Below are positions 10,079-17,633 of a DNA stretch of 23,475 nucleotides, one piece after another. The position numbers and the translations under genes are program-made. Every line of letters begins with the position of its first letter. Position 1 is the stretch's first letter. The notes under the pieces were generated by a model. It saw only the letters and a program-made list of their open reading frames with translations, made no database searches and was not told the DNA's origin. This DNA comes from a virus. Taxonomy: Duplodnaviria; Heunggongvirae; Uroviricota; Caudoviricetes. The stretch is taken from IMG/VR virus record IMGVR_UViG_2529293249_000015, positions 1-23,475 of that record. The stretch is one strand, 5' to 3'.

Positions 10079-10096
10079 TGTACCGTTATTCACACA
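10079..10096 (-). promoter_or_regulatory. candidate Ogr-dependent late promoter element upstream of FI (P_F)
   Basis: TGT-N12-ACA dyad (coding strand TGTGTGAATAACGGTACA), then 34 nt, then CAACAT, then about 40 nt to the FI start codon. Confidence 0.45.
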
Positions 10097-10144
10097 AAAT
10101 GACGGTATTTGTCTGCTTGCAGGGATAATCAAAATAATGCTGAT

Positions 10145-10711
10145 TCAGGGGGATTCATTACTCTTATTTGCCGGAAATTTTCTATAAATTGTGGAAACAC
10201 CCACATCAAAAATCAGTGCAATACGCTGTCTTGATTCTCCGCCCTCGAGTAAGCGTCCAATCTGTGCCCACTGTTCGGTGGTCAACTTAGGACGGCGTCC
10301 ACCTACTCTGCCTTTATCACGAGCTGCAGCCAGCCCCGCCCTGGTACGTTCAACTATCAGTTCGCGTTCCATTTCAGCTAGGGCCCCCATGACATGAAAA
10401 AAGAAACGGCCCATTGGGGTGCTGGTATCAATACTGTCAGTCAGGCTTCGGAAATTCACGCCACACTGACGCAACTCTTCTATCAGCGTAACAAGATGCC
10501 GCATACTGCGCCCCAACCTGTCCAGCTTCCAGACAACCAGAGTGTCTCCTGCCGATAGTGTCCTGAGCAGTTTTTTAAGCCCCGGTCTGTCGGACTTAGT
10601 GCCACTGATTTTATCCTCAAAAATCCGCTCACATCCCGCGCAGTTCAGTGCATTACGTTGCAAATCGGTGTTCTGGTCATTTGTTGACACGCGTACATAG
10701 CCAATAAGCAT
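10145..10711 (-). CDS. serine-recombinase DNA invertase (Gin/Hin/Cin/Pin family)
   Basis: 188 aa from MLIGYVRVSTNDQNTDLQRNAL with catalytic Ser motif and C-terminal helix-turn-helix; near-identical in stretches to Gin/Hin. The tracked ORF has a 15-codon upstream extension; the ATG at 10711 has an RBS. Confidence 0.9.
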   Translation of the reverse strand: MLIGYVRVSTNDQNTDLQRNALNCAGCERIFEDKISGTKSDRPGLKKLLRTLSAGDTLVVWKLDRLGRSMRHLVTLIEELRQCGVNFRSLTDSIDTSTPMGRFFFHVMGALAEMERELIVERTRAGLAAARDKGRVGGRRPKLTTEQWAQIGRLLEGGESRQRIALIFDVGVSTIYRKFPANKSNESP

Positions 10712-10778
10712 GATCAATCCCCTGAATAAAAACCGTGGATGATGCCAGTTAGCCATTATCTCTGCATTTTCATAAACG

Positions 10779-10809
10779 TTGGTTTGGGAGAAGCGGCAAA
10801 ACGGAATGT
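10779..10809. repeat. left inverted repeat of invertible segment (recombination site)
   Basis: 31-bp sequence ttggtttgggagaagcggcaaaacggaatgt, a perfect reverse-complement match to 12293..12323. Confidence 0.8.
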
Positions 10810-11134
10810 GGGAACAGGTTCAGGTCAGATACCGGATATGAGTAGCTTTGCATCAGCACTCTCTTCGAGTGGCTACCAGAAATTACCTTCTGGACTAATT
10901 ATTCAGTGGGGGGCGGCTGTTGCTGGAATTGGCAGCACTGGGGGTACAGGAAATGTAGTCTCATTCCCTGTTGCATTCCCCAGATATTGCGCCCAAATAA
11001 TTACATCTTACGATAATGGAAGCTCGTCAATCATTGCTGGTGCAGCAGGAAACCAAACTACCACTCAATTTCTTTTACGTTGTGGTGCAACCGGTGGTAG
11101 TTATAACTTCCGCTGGTTAGCCGTGGGGTATTAA
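10781..11134 (+). other. alternative tail-fibre C-terminal (receptor-binding) cassette, currently unexpressed orientation
   Basis: Begins in frame at the repeat with GLGEAAKRNVG, the same residues found at the H crossover point, and continues as a different fibre tip (...QIPDMSSFASALSSSGYQKLPSGLIIQWG...). Confidence 0.7.
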
Positions 11135-11136
11135 TT

Positions 11137-11580
11137 ATGGATAACTACTATTTTTCACCTTCGACTTTGGCATTTTATCCTGAAGATCTCATGTTGTTAT
11201 ATGAAGCAGCAGGAACTTTACCTGATGATATTATTTCTGTGCCACATGAAATATTTGCTACTTATTCAGGAGAGCCACCACGAGGAAAAAAGCGAGGTAC
11301 TACAGAAGATGGGCAGCCCACCTGGAGTAATCTGCCGCCTTTAAGTCATGAGGAAGAAGTTGAGGTTGCGGACGCCCAAAGACAGTTTCGTATTGATGAG
11401 GCGAACGACTACATGAATAGTAAGCAATGGCCAGGTAAAGCCGCTATTGGTCGTCTGAAAGGCGAGGAACTGGCGCAATATAATTCGTGGCTGGATTATC
11501 TGGACGCACTGGAGCTGGTCGATACTTCCGGTGCGCCAGATATTGAATGGCCTACACCTCCGGTAACTCAGGCCAGCTAA
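11137..11580 (+). CDS. tail-fibre assembly protein, alternative-orientation copy
   Basis: 147-aa ORF ending in the conserved tail-fibre-assembly motif VDTSGAPDIEWPTPP; follows the alternative fibre tip. Confidence 0.8.
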   Translation: MDNYYFSPSTLAFYPEDLMLLYEAAGTLPDDIISVPHEIFATYSGEPPRGKKRGTTEDGQPTWSNLPPLSHEEEVEVADAQRQFRIDEANDYMNSKQWPGKAAIGRLKGEELAQYNSWLDYLDALELVDTSGAPDIEWPTPPVTQAS

Positions 11581-11947
11581 TCTCAGGAGCCGTCGAAGTG
11601 TCGACGGCTTTTACTTCTTTTTTGTAGTCCATCCAGGCAGATAGTTTTTCTTTATCTGTACTGCTGATATCACCAAGCATTAATTCCACCCGCCAGTCAG
11701 CTGTGACATTATCGGCATGAGCAAGTAACTGCATTCGCTGATTTTCAGCACGTGCGACATAATCAATCGCCGGAGATTTCAGTACCGGTAAACCATTTTC
11801 ATCTGACGTGATTAATTTCCCCCCTTCCTGCTGTCCGGCAATTAATTCATTGTATAAGTCTGTACTTATCTCAACAATGTCAGCAGACATGTCGCTGTTT
11901 ATACCATCAAAGAAAAAACCATTAGTCGATTTTGAGAAATAAATCAT
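11552..11947 (-). CDS. tail-fibre assembly protein, active-orientation copy (P2 G position)
   Basis: 131 aa from MIYFSKSTNGFFFDG, ending in VDTSTAPEISWPELP; starts just after the H stop; overlaps the opposite assembly gene by 29 bp at the 3' ends. Confidence 0.8.
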   Translation of the reverse strand: MIYFSKSTNGFFFDGINSDMSADIVEISTDLYNELIAGQQEGGKLITSDENGLPVLKSPAIDYVARAENQRMQLLAHADNVTADWRVELMLGDISSTDKEKLSAWMDYKKEVKAVDTSTAPEISWPELPEV

Positions 11948-11955
11948 AGATATAC

Positions 11956-13371
11956 CTATACACCGATTGCTACCCAAAAACAGGACCTTTCATATTTGAC
12001 AATTTCTCCCTGAGATATACCGCCAACAATTATATAGAACTGTGATTTGCTGATATCAGAACAGTTCGCTATGCCCATTGCAGATATACCAGCCACCGAC
12101 GTTGTATGTGGCACAGCCAACAGCGCAAGTGAACGATTTGGGAATGTTACCGGGTAAGTCACCGTATAGTTTGATGCTCCACTGACAATACCCCACTGAA
12201 TAATCAGACCTGAAGGGAGTTTTTGAAACCCCGTTGATGAAAGTGAACTGGCAAACGCCGCCATATCCGGAATTTGGTTTTGCTCGTTACCTACATTCCG
12301 TTTTGCCGCTTCTCCCAAACCAAGGTATGTGAGAAGACCAGTTACATCCTTTCCACTCAAATTAGTCAGCGTATTGTCCAGCGGTTGTTTACCTGCCAGT
12401 GCATTAAGCATTGTCGTGGCAAAGTTCGGGTCATTCCCCAGCGCCGCCGCCAGTTCGTTCAGTGTATCCAGTGCCGCAGGTGCAGAACCCACCATTGCCG
12501 CAATCGCCGATTTCACAAATGCCGTGGTGGCAATTTGTGTATTGTTGACCGACTGTGCCGCAGTAGGTGCGGTTGGCGTTCCGGTGAGTGCCGGACTCGA
12601 CAGCGGCGCTTTCAGTGCCAGCGCATTGTTAATGGTGGTACTGAATTTCGGATCATTGTTAATGGCTGCGGCTATTTCTTTCAGCGTGTCCAGCGTGGCT
12701 GGCGCACCATTAATAAGGGCCGTCAGTGCCGCCTGTACAAACGCAGTGGTCGCAACCTGCGTGGTATTATTCCCCGCCGCTGGCGTTGGCGCTTTGGGGG
12801 TTCCGGTAAATGTCGGGCTGGCTTTTGGCGCGTACTGTGAATGCGGGTCCGGTGCGGCAAGATGTTTTGCCATCTGATCATCCGCGTACACCTTCAGCTC
12901 CAGTGCCTTGTCATCCACATACTTGCGGGTTGCCAGCACTACAGCAGGGTCGATTTTCAGGGTGATATTGTCCGTGCTGCTGGTAATCAGCACCATGCGC
13001 ACGGTCTGAGTGCGCCCGCTACCTTCAGCCAGTTGCGGCTTATAGCTTTCCGGGCAGTTGCCCACGGCAATCAATGCCCCGGACTCATCAAACAAGCCCA
13101 CTTCACGTATCCACCAACCGCCCTCGTTTTCAGGGATCACCTGTTCGGCAATAATCTGGCTGCTGTTCTGCGGGTCGATATAAAGCATATTCAGCGCAGC
13201 CCGGCGTTTCTCATTTACCAGTGCCGTCTGCTTTGCGTCCGGCGTTGGCAATACTCCACCGCCATCGCCCACCGCCATATGGGTAATTTTTAGCGGCACA
13301 CCGAGCGCGGCGGCGCTGGCAAGTTTCGCCGCGCCAATATCCGTCAGCAGGGTATAAAATTTTGTGCTCAT
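11956..13371 (-). CDS. H: tail fibre protein H
   Basis: 471-aa ORF with P2 gpH-like N-terminus (MSTKFYTLLTDIGAAKLASAAALGVP); the C-terminal 122 aa lie inside the invertible segment. Confidence 0.9.
   Translation of the reverse strand: MSTKFYTLLTDIGAAKLASAAALGVPLKITHMAVGDGGGVLPTPDAKQTALVNEKRRAALNMLYIDPQNSSQIIAEQVIPENEGGWWIREVGLFDESGALIAVGNCPESYKPQLAEGSGRTQTVRMVLITSSTDNITLKIDPAVVLATRKYVDDKALELKVYADDQMAKHLAAPDPHSQYAPKASPTFTGTPKAPTPAAGNNTTQVATTAFVQAALTALINGAPATLDTLKEIAAAINNDPKFSTTINNALALKAPLSSPALTGTPTAPTAAQSVNNTQIATTAFVKSAIAAMVGSAPAALDTLNELAAALGNDPNFATTMLNALAGKQPLDNTLTNLSGKDVTGLLTYLGLGEAAKRNVGNEQNQIPDMAAFASSLSSTGFQKLPSGLIIQWGIVSGASNYTVTYPVTFPNRSLALLAVPHTTSVAGISAMGIANCSDISKSQFYIIVGGISQGEIVKYERSCFWVAIGV
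12293..12323. repeat. right inverted repeat of invertible segment (recombination site, inside H)
   Basis: Reverse complement is identical to 10779..10809; encodes GLGEAAKRNVG in the H frame. Confidence 0.8.
12382..12816 (-). repeat. tandem duplication of a roughly 70-aa module within H
   Basis: Two adjacent units, TGTPKAPTPAAGNNTTQVATTAFVQAALTALINGAPATLDTLKEIAAAINNDPKFSTTINNALALKAP and TGTPTAPTAAQSVNNTQIATTAFVKSAIAAMVGSAPAALDTLNELAAALGNDPNFATTMLNALAGKQP. Confidence 0.6.
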
Positions 13372-13973
13372 GGATTCACTCTCATTGTGTCAATAACATG
13401 GACCGCCCCGCCTTCATGCGCGGTGCCACCGGAAATAATCGTTTCGTTGATATACGGATAGATCGTGATTTCTTCGCCAAGATAGCTGGCGGCTCCCACC
13501 CAATGCGGGCCGCTGGTCTGCAGATTGATGGACATGCCGATCATGTGGCGGCTACATGGTTTGGCATCGCTTATCAGTCGCTCAAGTTCCAGATAGGTAT
13601 CTTCAGTGATGCCCTGGTCCTGCACGCCGATATCCAGGCGAAACGTGCCCGGTGTTTCTCCGGTCTGCCACCACTCAATAATGCGGATCAGGAATCCGAA
13701 CGGCTCCACCACCCGCCGCACGGCACTGGTGGTCCCTTTATGCTGATGAATATAAAAAGCATCCTTCACCACCTGGCGCTTGACGCTTTCTGTCCAGCCC
13801 TCGTCCCAGCGATCCACAGAGAACGCCCAGGCGAGATAAGGCAGGAAACTGACCGGACAGGTTGCCGGATTCCACAAGTCACGAAGCGGCACCTGCAGAT
13901 CAGAAATCCCGCTGCAGGTTTGCGCCAGTCGACGCTCCAGTGGTGTTGAACCCGGTGGCAGCAGACTATTCAT
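13368..13973 (-). CDS. I: baseplate assembly protein I
   Basis: 201-aa ORF between J and H, overlapping both; position and size fit P2 gpI. Confidence 0.85.
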   Translation of the reverse strand: MNSLLPPGSTPLERRLAQTCSGISDLQVPLRDLWNPATCPVSFLPYLAWAFSVDRWDEGWTESVKRQVVKDAFYIHQHKGTTSAVRRVVEPFGFLIRIIEWWQTGETPGTFRLDIGVQDQGITEDTYLELERLISDAKPCSRHMIGMSINLQTSGPHWVGAASYLGEEITIYPYINETIISGGTAHEGGAVHVIDTMRVNP

Positions 13974-14874
13974 CCGTTCCTCCGTTGGTTACGCTCCACT
14001 GCGTACATGATGCCGCCTGTGTTTTGTTCAGGACCACATCCGCCAGAGGAGAAGCCAGCTCCACACGCTGCACCCCCTCAACATGCAGGGCGGCAAAGAT
14101 GGCGCTACGGCGAATATCCCGACCAAGACGCGTCTGACTGGCGATGTACTTCTGCAGGCTGGCTTTTGCCGCTGCCATTACCGGCTCTGCTTCCGGTCCA
14201 GGATAGAGAAAAATGGTGGCTTCCACGCGATACGGGATGATTTCTGCGCTGCGAACCGTAAGACGGTCAGCCACCGGGCGGACGTTCTCACTGTTCAGAG
14301 CTTTTTCCACCACGTCCAGCAGGTCTTTTTCTGCAGTTCCATCGCCTTCGCGGCTAAGGACAGTCAGCACCACCTCTGCAGGTGCCGGGCTGGTTGCACT
14401 GGCATCCGCCACCCGACCGTCGGCGCTTCGGGCATGAAATTCATAAGCTGCAGTTGGCCCCGCAACAGAAAGCCCTTCAAAGGCTGCAGGCACACGCAGG
14501 CGCAACGCTTCATCGCTTTCCATCACAGCTGCAACGGGCGGCACAGCATCATTATCAGCAGGCGTCACCGTCAGGCGTGTCACGTTGTAGTTGGCAGCGA
14601 GCTGGTCAAGATCGCCGCCCATCGCGTAAGCCACCATCACCGCCTGCGCGGCTTCGTTAATGCGCTGGCGCAGAAGCAACTCACGGTAAGCGTTCTCCTG
14701 CAACAATTTAGTGGCGGGTTCAGATTCCAGTTCCAGCGTGCGGATCACTGCTTCCTGCTCATCTTTCGGATGAAGCGCCACAAATTCTGCCTTGCGTTCG
14801 GCAAGCAGCGTCTCAAAGTCCGGCACATCCACAATCTGCGGTGCAGGCAACTGCGAAAGGTCAATCACTGCCAT
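13966..14874 (-). CDS. J: baseplate assembly protein J
   Basis: 302 aa from MAVIDLSQLPAPQIVDVPDFETLL with AGGAG RBS; the tracked ORF extends 13 codons further upstream. Confidence 0.9.
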   Translation of the reverse strand: MAVIDLSQLPAPQIVDVPDFETLLAERKAEFVALHPKDEQEAVIRTLELESEPATKLLQENAYRELLLRQRINEAAQAVMVAYAMGGDLDQLAANYNVTRLTVTPADNDAVPPVAAVMESDEALRLRVPAAFEGLSVAGPTAAYEFHARSADGRVADASATSPAPAEVVLTVLSREGDGTAEKDLLDVVEKALNSENVRPVADRLTVRSAEIIPYRVEATIFLYPGPEAEPVMAAAKASLQKYIASQTRLGRDIRRSAIFAALHVEGVQRVELASPLADVVLNKTQAASCTQWSVTNGGTDE

Positions 14875-15220
14875 TCTCTGCTCCTGTTGATACGGAAAGG
14901 GACACAGGCACACCGTTATTCCGCCGCCCGGTCAGCTCCACCACCATTGAACCGTCAAAATTGCTGTTGATGGTGATGGAATCCAGCGTCAACCGTGGCT
15001 CCCAGCGACTCAGCGCCACATACACTGCCGACATGACCTGCAGGCGTAATGCCGGATTTTGTGGCTGATCTATCAGTGCCGACAGCAGGGAACCATATTC
15101 CCGGCGGGCAATACGGCTACCCTGCGGTGTCAGCAGAATGTCCCGCACCGACTGGCGCAGATGATCAATATCAGTAATGACTTTGCCGCTGGTATTGTTC
15201 ATCCCGCTATAAAGCGTCAT
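14861..15220 (-). CDS. W: baseplate assembly protein W (gp25-like)
   Basis: 119-aa ORF between V and J in the P2 gpW position. Confidence 0.85.
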   Translation of the reverse strand: MTLYSGMNNTSGKVITDIDHLRQSVRDILLTPQGSRIARREYGSLLSALIDQPQNPALRLQVMSAVYVALSRWEPRLTLDSITINSNFDGSMVVELTGRRNNGVPVSLSVSTGAENGSD

Positions 15221-15795
15221 ACCGGGCCTCCGGTTGTATCGCCGCCTTTCAGGACGCCAGTATGCTGATGCGCATCAACCACGATCCCGTTAGAACTCAT
15301 CGCTCCGCCGCCCTGGGTAACGCCACCATTGATCACCACTTCGCTGTTAATGCGCGTGCGGTCAGCCTCCAGTACAAACTCACTGGTTTTCATGGTGATG
15401 TTGTCAGCAGCCTCAATGACCATTGATTTGATGCCCCTGACATACCAGCGCCCGGTGGCGGGTTCGTATTCAAACCAGCCACCGTCAGGATGTTCTGTCA
15501 CGCAGGCGTCCGCCGACGTCGACGGTGGTGCGAACTGATTCGAATAAACAGCGGGCAGCGCAAAGGCGGTTTCCAGATTGCCGCCCAGACTCAGCAGCAC
15601 CACCTGCTCACCTTCCGATGGTCGCCACCATGTACGGGCATTCCCGGCACGCAGCGTCAGCCAGCTGATCCAGTTGGTTTCAAGCTCGCCCGTTTTCACC
15701 CGGCAAAGCCAGTTTTCCCTGTCCACTTCGGTGACTACCCCTGTGCGGATCAGGTTGGTGATAAGGCGCATGATTTCGGTTAATTGTGCGTTCAT
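15217..15795 (-). CDS. V: baseplate spike/hub protein V
   Basis: 192-aa ORF (MNAQLTEIMRLITNLIRTGVV); an in-frame stop four codons upstream fixes the ATG; no Shine-Dalgarno sequence upstream. Confidence 0.85.
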   Translation of the reverse strand: MNAQLTEIMRLITNLIRTGVVTEVDRENWLCRVKTGELETNWISWLTLRAGNARTWWRPSEGEQVVLLSLGGNLETAFALPAVYSNQFAPPSTSADACVTEHPDGGWFEYEPATGRWYVRGIKSMVIEAADNITMKTSEFVLEADRTRINSEVVINGGVTQGGGAMSSNGIVVDAHQHTGVLKGGDTTGGPV

Positions 15796-15841
15796 AGGGA
15801 AAGGTTGCCATCAGGGGAAGAAAGGCGGCAGTGCTGCAACT

Positions 15842-15859
15842 TGTATCAGTGCTGATACA
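15842..15859 (-). promoter_or_regulatory. perfect palindrome TGTATCAG-TG-CTGATACA upstream of V (candidate P_V Ogr site)
   Basis: Fits TGT-N12-ACA; followed 34 nt later by CAACCT, as at the FI and O sites; only 46 nt separate the element from the V ATG. Confidence 0.4.
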
Positions 15860-15863
15860 AAGA

Positions 15864-16310
15864 TCACCCCGCCAGCCATTGCAGAATCATGTCGCGGGTC
15901 ATTGCCTCAACATCATCATTTACACCCAGAAGGCGACGCTCTGCGTAACGCACCTCCGGTCCCTTACGACTGACGCGATCTCGCAGGCCGTAATGGTGAA
16001 CGCGGGCAATGCGCTGCACCTTGCCTTCAAACTGCACGCTGGCAGAGTCGGCGCTGGCGGCAGTTTTCAGGTATTTTGTGGTGCGCAGCTTTGTAAACAT
16101 CTGACGTTTGATGCGCCCCTTTTTGCTGCGTGCTGTTACTCTGCGCGGCTCATAACTGCTGCCATCTGGATTGCGCTGCATCCTGATGTTCTGTTGCTGT
16201 GTCCGGCGCAGTTCCTGCGCCAGCTGACGCATCATGCGGCTTCTTGCGACTGGCTCCAGATTCGCCAGCAAGGCACTCAGCCAGTCGTCTACTTTCTGCA
16301 GTTCAGCCAC
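15864..16310 (-). CDS. S: tail completion protein S
   Basis: 148-aa ORF with GTG start one codon after an in-frame stop, overlapping the R stop. Confidence 0.8.
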   Translation of the reverse strand: MAELQKVDDWLSALLANLEPVARSRMMRQLAQELRRTQQQNIRMQRNPDGSSYEPRRVTARSKKGRIKRQMFTKLRTTKYLKTAASADSASVQFEGKVQRIARVHHYGLRDRVSRKGPEVRYAERRLLGVNDDVEAMTRDMILQWLAG

Positions 16311-16734
16311 GTTTCACCGTCCACATTTCTTCAGGTTCATCGGGTTCCGTTATCGCTTCAACGCTCGACACACTTCCGTCAGTGCTGACCAGCACACGCT
16401 CCGTCAGCTGCAGGTTCAGGCTGATATCACAGACATCGTTGCGCAGAATATCCACTTCAAAGGTGAATAGCTTTTCCCGTAACGTCGGGTTATTGATGGC
16501 ATCAGACTGGTTATCCCGCAGCCACAGCAAAACCGGGGCCATCAGCAGATTCTGGTCGCCGCTGAAATCTTCAATCACCACGTTAAGGGTGTAGCGGTAC
16601 TCCCATGACATGGAGCTGGCCCCGGTGGCAACCAGCGAACCGTTATCCACAAACAGATGCAGTTTGTCCGGGTTATTACGGACATAAGGCACTGCTTTAT
16701 TGAGGGCGTGGCGCAGGGATTGTGGTTTGTTCAC
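16303..16734 (-). CDS. R: tail completion protein R
   Basis: 143 aa from GTG (VNKPQSLRHALNKAV...) preceded by AGGAGCGAAACA; the tracked ORF begins 7 codons upstream at TTG. Confidence 0.75.
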   Translation of the reverse strand: MNKPQSLRHALNKAVPYVRNNPDKLHLFVDNGSLVATGASSMSWEYRYTLNVVIEDFSGDQNLLMAPVLLWLRDNQSDAINNPTLREKLFTFEVDILRNDVCDISLNLQLTERVLVSTDGSVSSVEAITEPDEPEEMWTVKRG

Positions 16735-16987
16735 TGTTTCGCTCCTGACACGCAATAATCATGTCCACTTTGTCTGCACAGACCGCCCAGGCGGCCTCCG
16801 TTTCATCCAGCAATGCGTTCAGATCACCGTTATTGTGTGGCGCTGCCTGATCCAGCTGACACGGCGTCACTCGCGGACAACCACTGACGGTAAGCTGCAC
16901 CTCCGGTGAGTGCCGGACGTTCCCGCAGCCGGATAATGTCAGCAGGCAAAGGAGTATCAGCCCAGCGGCGTAAATCCTCGTTCTCAC
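16697..16987 (-). CDS. lysC: LysC, outer-membrane lipoprotein spanin (Rz1-like), nested in lysB
   Basis: 96-aa ORF with lipoprotein signal and lipobox LTLSGC, Pro-rich mature region; starts inside lysB in another frame and ends overlapping the R start. Confidence 0.7.
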   Translation of the reverse strand: MRTRIYAAGLILLCLLTLSGCGNVRHSPEVQLTVSGCPRVTPCQLDQAAPHNNGDLNALLDETEAAWAVCADKVDMIIACQERNSEQTTIPAPRPQ

Positions 16988-17258
16988 GTTTCAGTTCCTC
17001 AATCCGGCGTTGTCGTTGTCTCAGCAGTGCACTGGTCTGTTCTGCTTCGGCATAGAGCCGCGCCTGCTCCCGGTTGTTAGTTTCAGTCAGAATGGACAGG
17101 CTGATAAGCTGGTTGTTGCTCTTTGCCAGCGCCTGGCTTTTGCTCTGCAGCTCGTCTGCCTGCGTGCTGATGGTCTGGCTGGCATCAGCCAGCCGCCACG
17201 TCTGCCAGCCCAGCGCCGTCAGTAATAACGCCAGCACACCCAGCAGCAACCGGTTCAT
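16830..17258 (-). CDS. lysB: LysB, inner-membrane spanin (Rz-like)
   Basis: 142-aa ORF: N-terminal transmembrane helix (LLLGVLALLLTALGW) then coiled-coil-like charged region; start overlaps the lysA stop. Confidence 0.8.
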   Translation of the reverse strand: MNRLLLGVLALLLTALGWQTWRLADASQTISTQADELQSKSQALAKSNNQLISLSILTETNNREQARLYAEAEQTSALLRQRQRRIEELKRENEDLRRWADTPLPADIIRLRERPALTGGAAYRQWLSASDAVSAGSGSATQ

Positions 17259-17632
17259 GCTGCTACCTGTTGCGCCATCTGATTACGGGTGATCCAGAAG
17301 GCAATAACGGTCAGTAGATAAAAGACCAGGGTAATAGCCCACTCCGTCCAGGCGAGACTTACGACAATCAGCAATCGCATCACCCAGCTGATAAATACGT
17401 TTTCTTTTCGGGTAATTGTCTTCAGCAAAGATGCCCTCAACTCCTGCCAGAGCGGGCCATTCTTAATTAACGCAGCCAGTGCTACCGGAATTACCGCCCA
17501 TGTCAGCAAACAGGCTACCCAAACGCCGGACGCTGCCAGTACCGGAAAAATCCCCTGCGGATACACCATTGCGGCGATTAACAGCGCCATCCATAACATC
17601 AGAAACAGCCCGCTGATTAATTTCTTTTTCAT
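17255..17632 (-). CDS. lysA: LysA-like membrane protein (lysis timing)
   Basis: 125 aa from MKKKLISGLFLMLWMALLIAAM with about four predicted transmembrane helices; the ATG at 17632 has an RBS and follows the endolysin stop. A longer upstream start at 17704 is possible. Confidence 0.6.
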   Translation of the reverse strand: MKKKLISGLFLMLWMALLIAAMVYPQGIFPVLAASGVWVACLLTWAVIPVALAALIKNGPLWQELRASLLKTITRKENVFISWVMRLLIVVSLAWTEWAITLVFYLLTVIAFWITRNQMAQQVAA

Positions 17633-17633
17633 T

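Larger units (their letters stand above)
10779..12323. other. invertible tail-fibre host-range segment (about 1.5 kb)
   Basis: Bounded by 31-bp perfect inverted repeats; contains two alternative fibre C-terminal modules and two tail-fibre assembly genes in opposite orientation; invertase gene directly adjacent. Confidence 0.75.

Noticed and set aside
10739-10780. ATG start and first 14 codons of the tracked 131-aa ORF (MMPVSHYLCIFINV...)
   Set aside because: This part lies outside the inverted repeat and looks like a chance in-frame extension; the module only makes sense as an in-frame fibre C-terminus after inversion.
12274-12877. Two overlapping plus-strand ORFs (188 and 182 aa), Cys/Arg- or Ala/Ser-rich
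   Set aside because: Antisense to tail fibre gene H inside its repeat region; shadow frames of the repeated fibre sequence.
14083-14970. 295-aa plus-strand ORF, Cys/His/Arg-rich
   Set aside because: Antisense to baseplate genes J and W, which are well supported by synteny; composition typical of a shadow frame.
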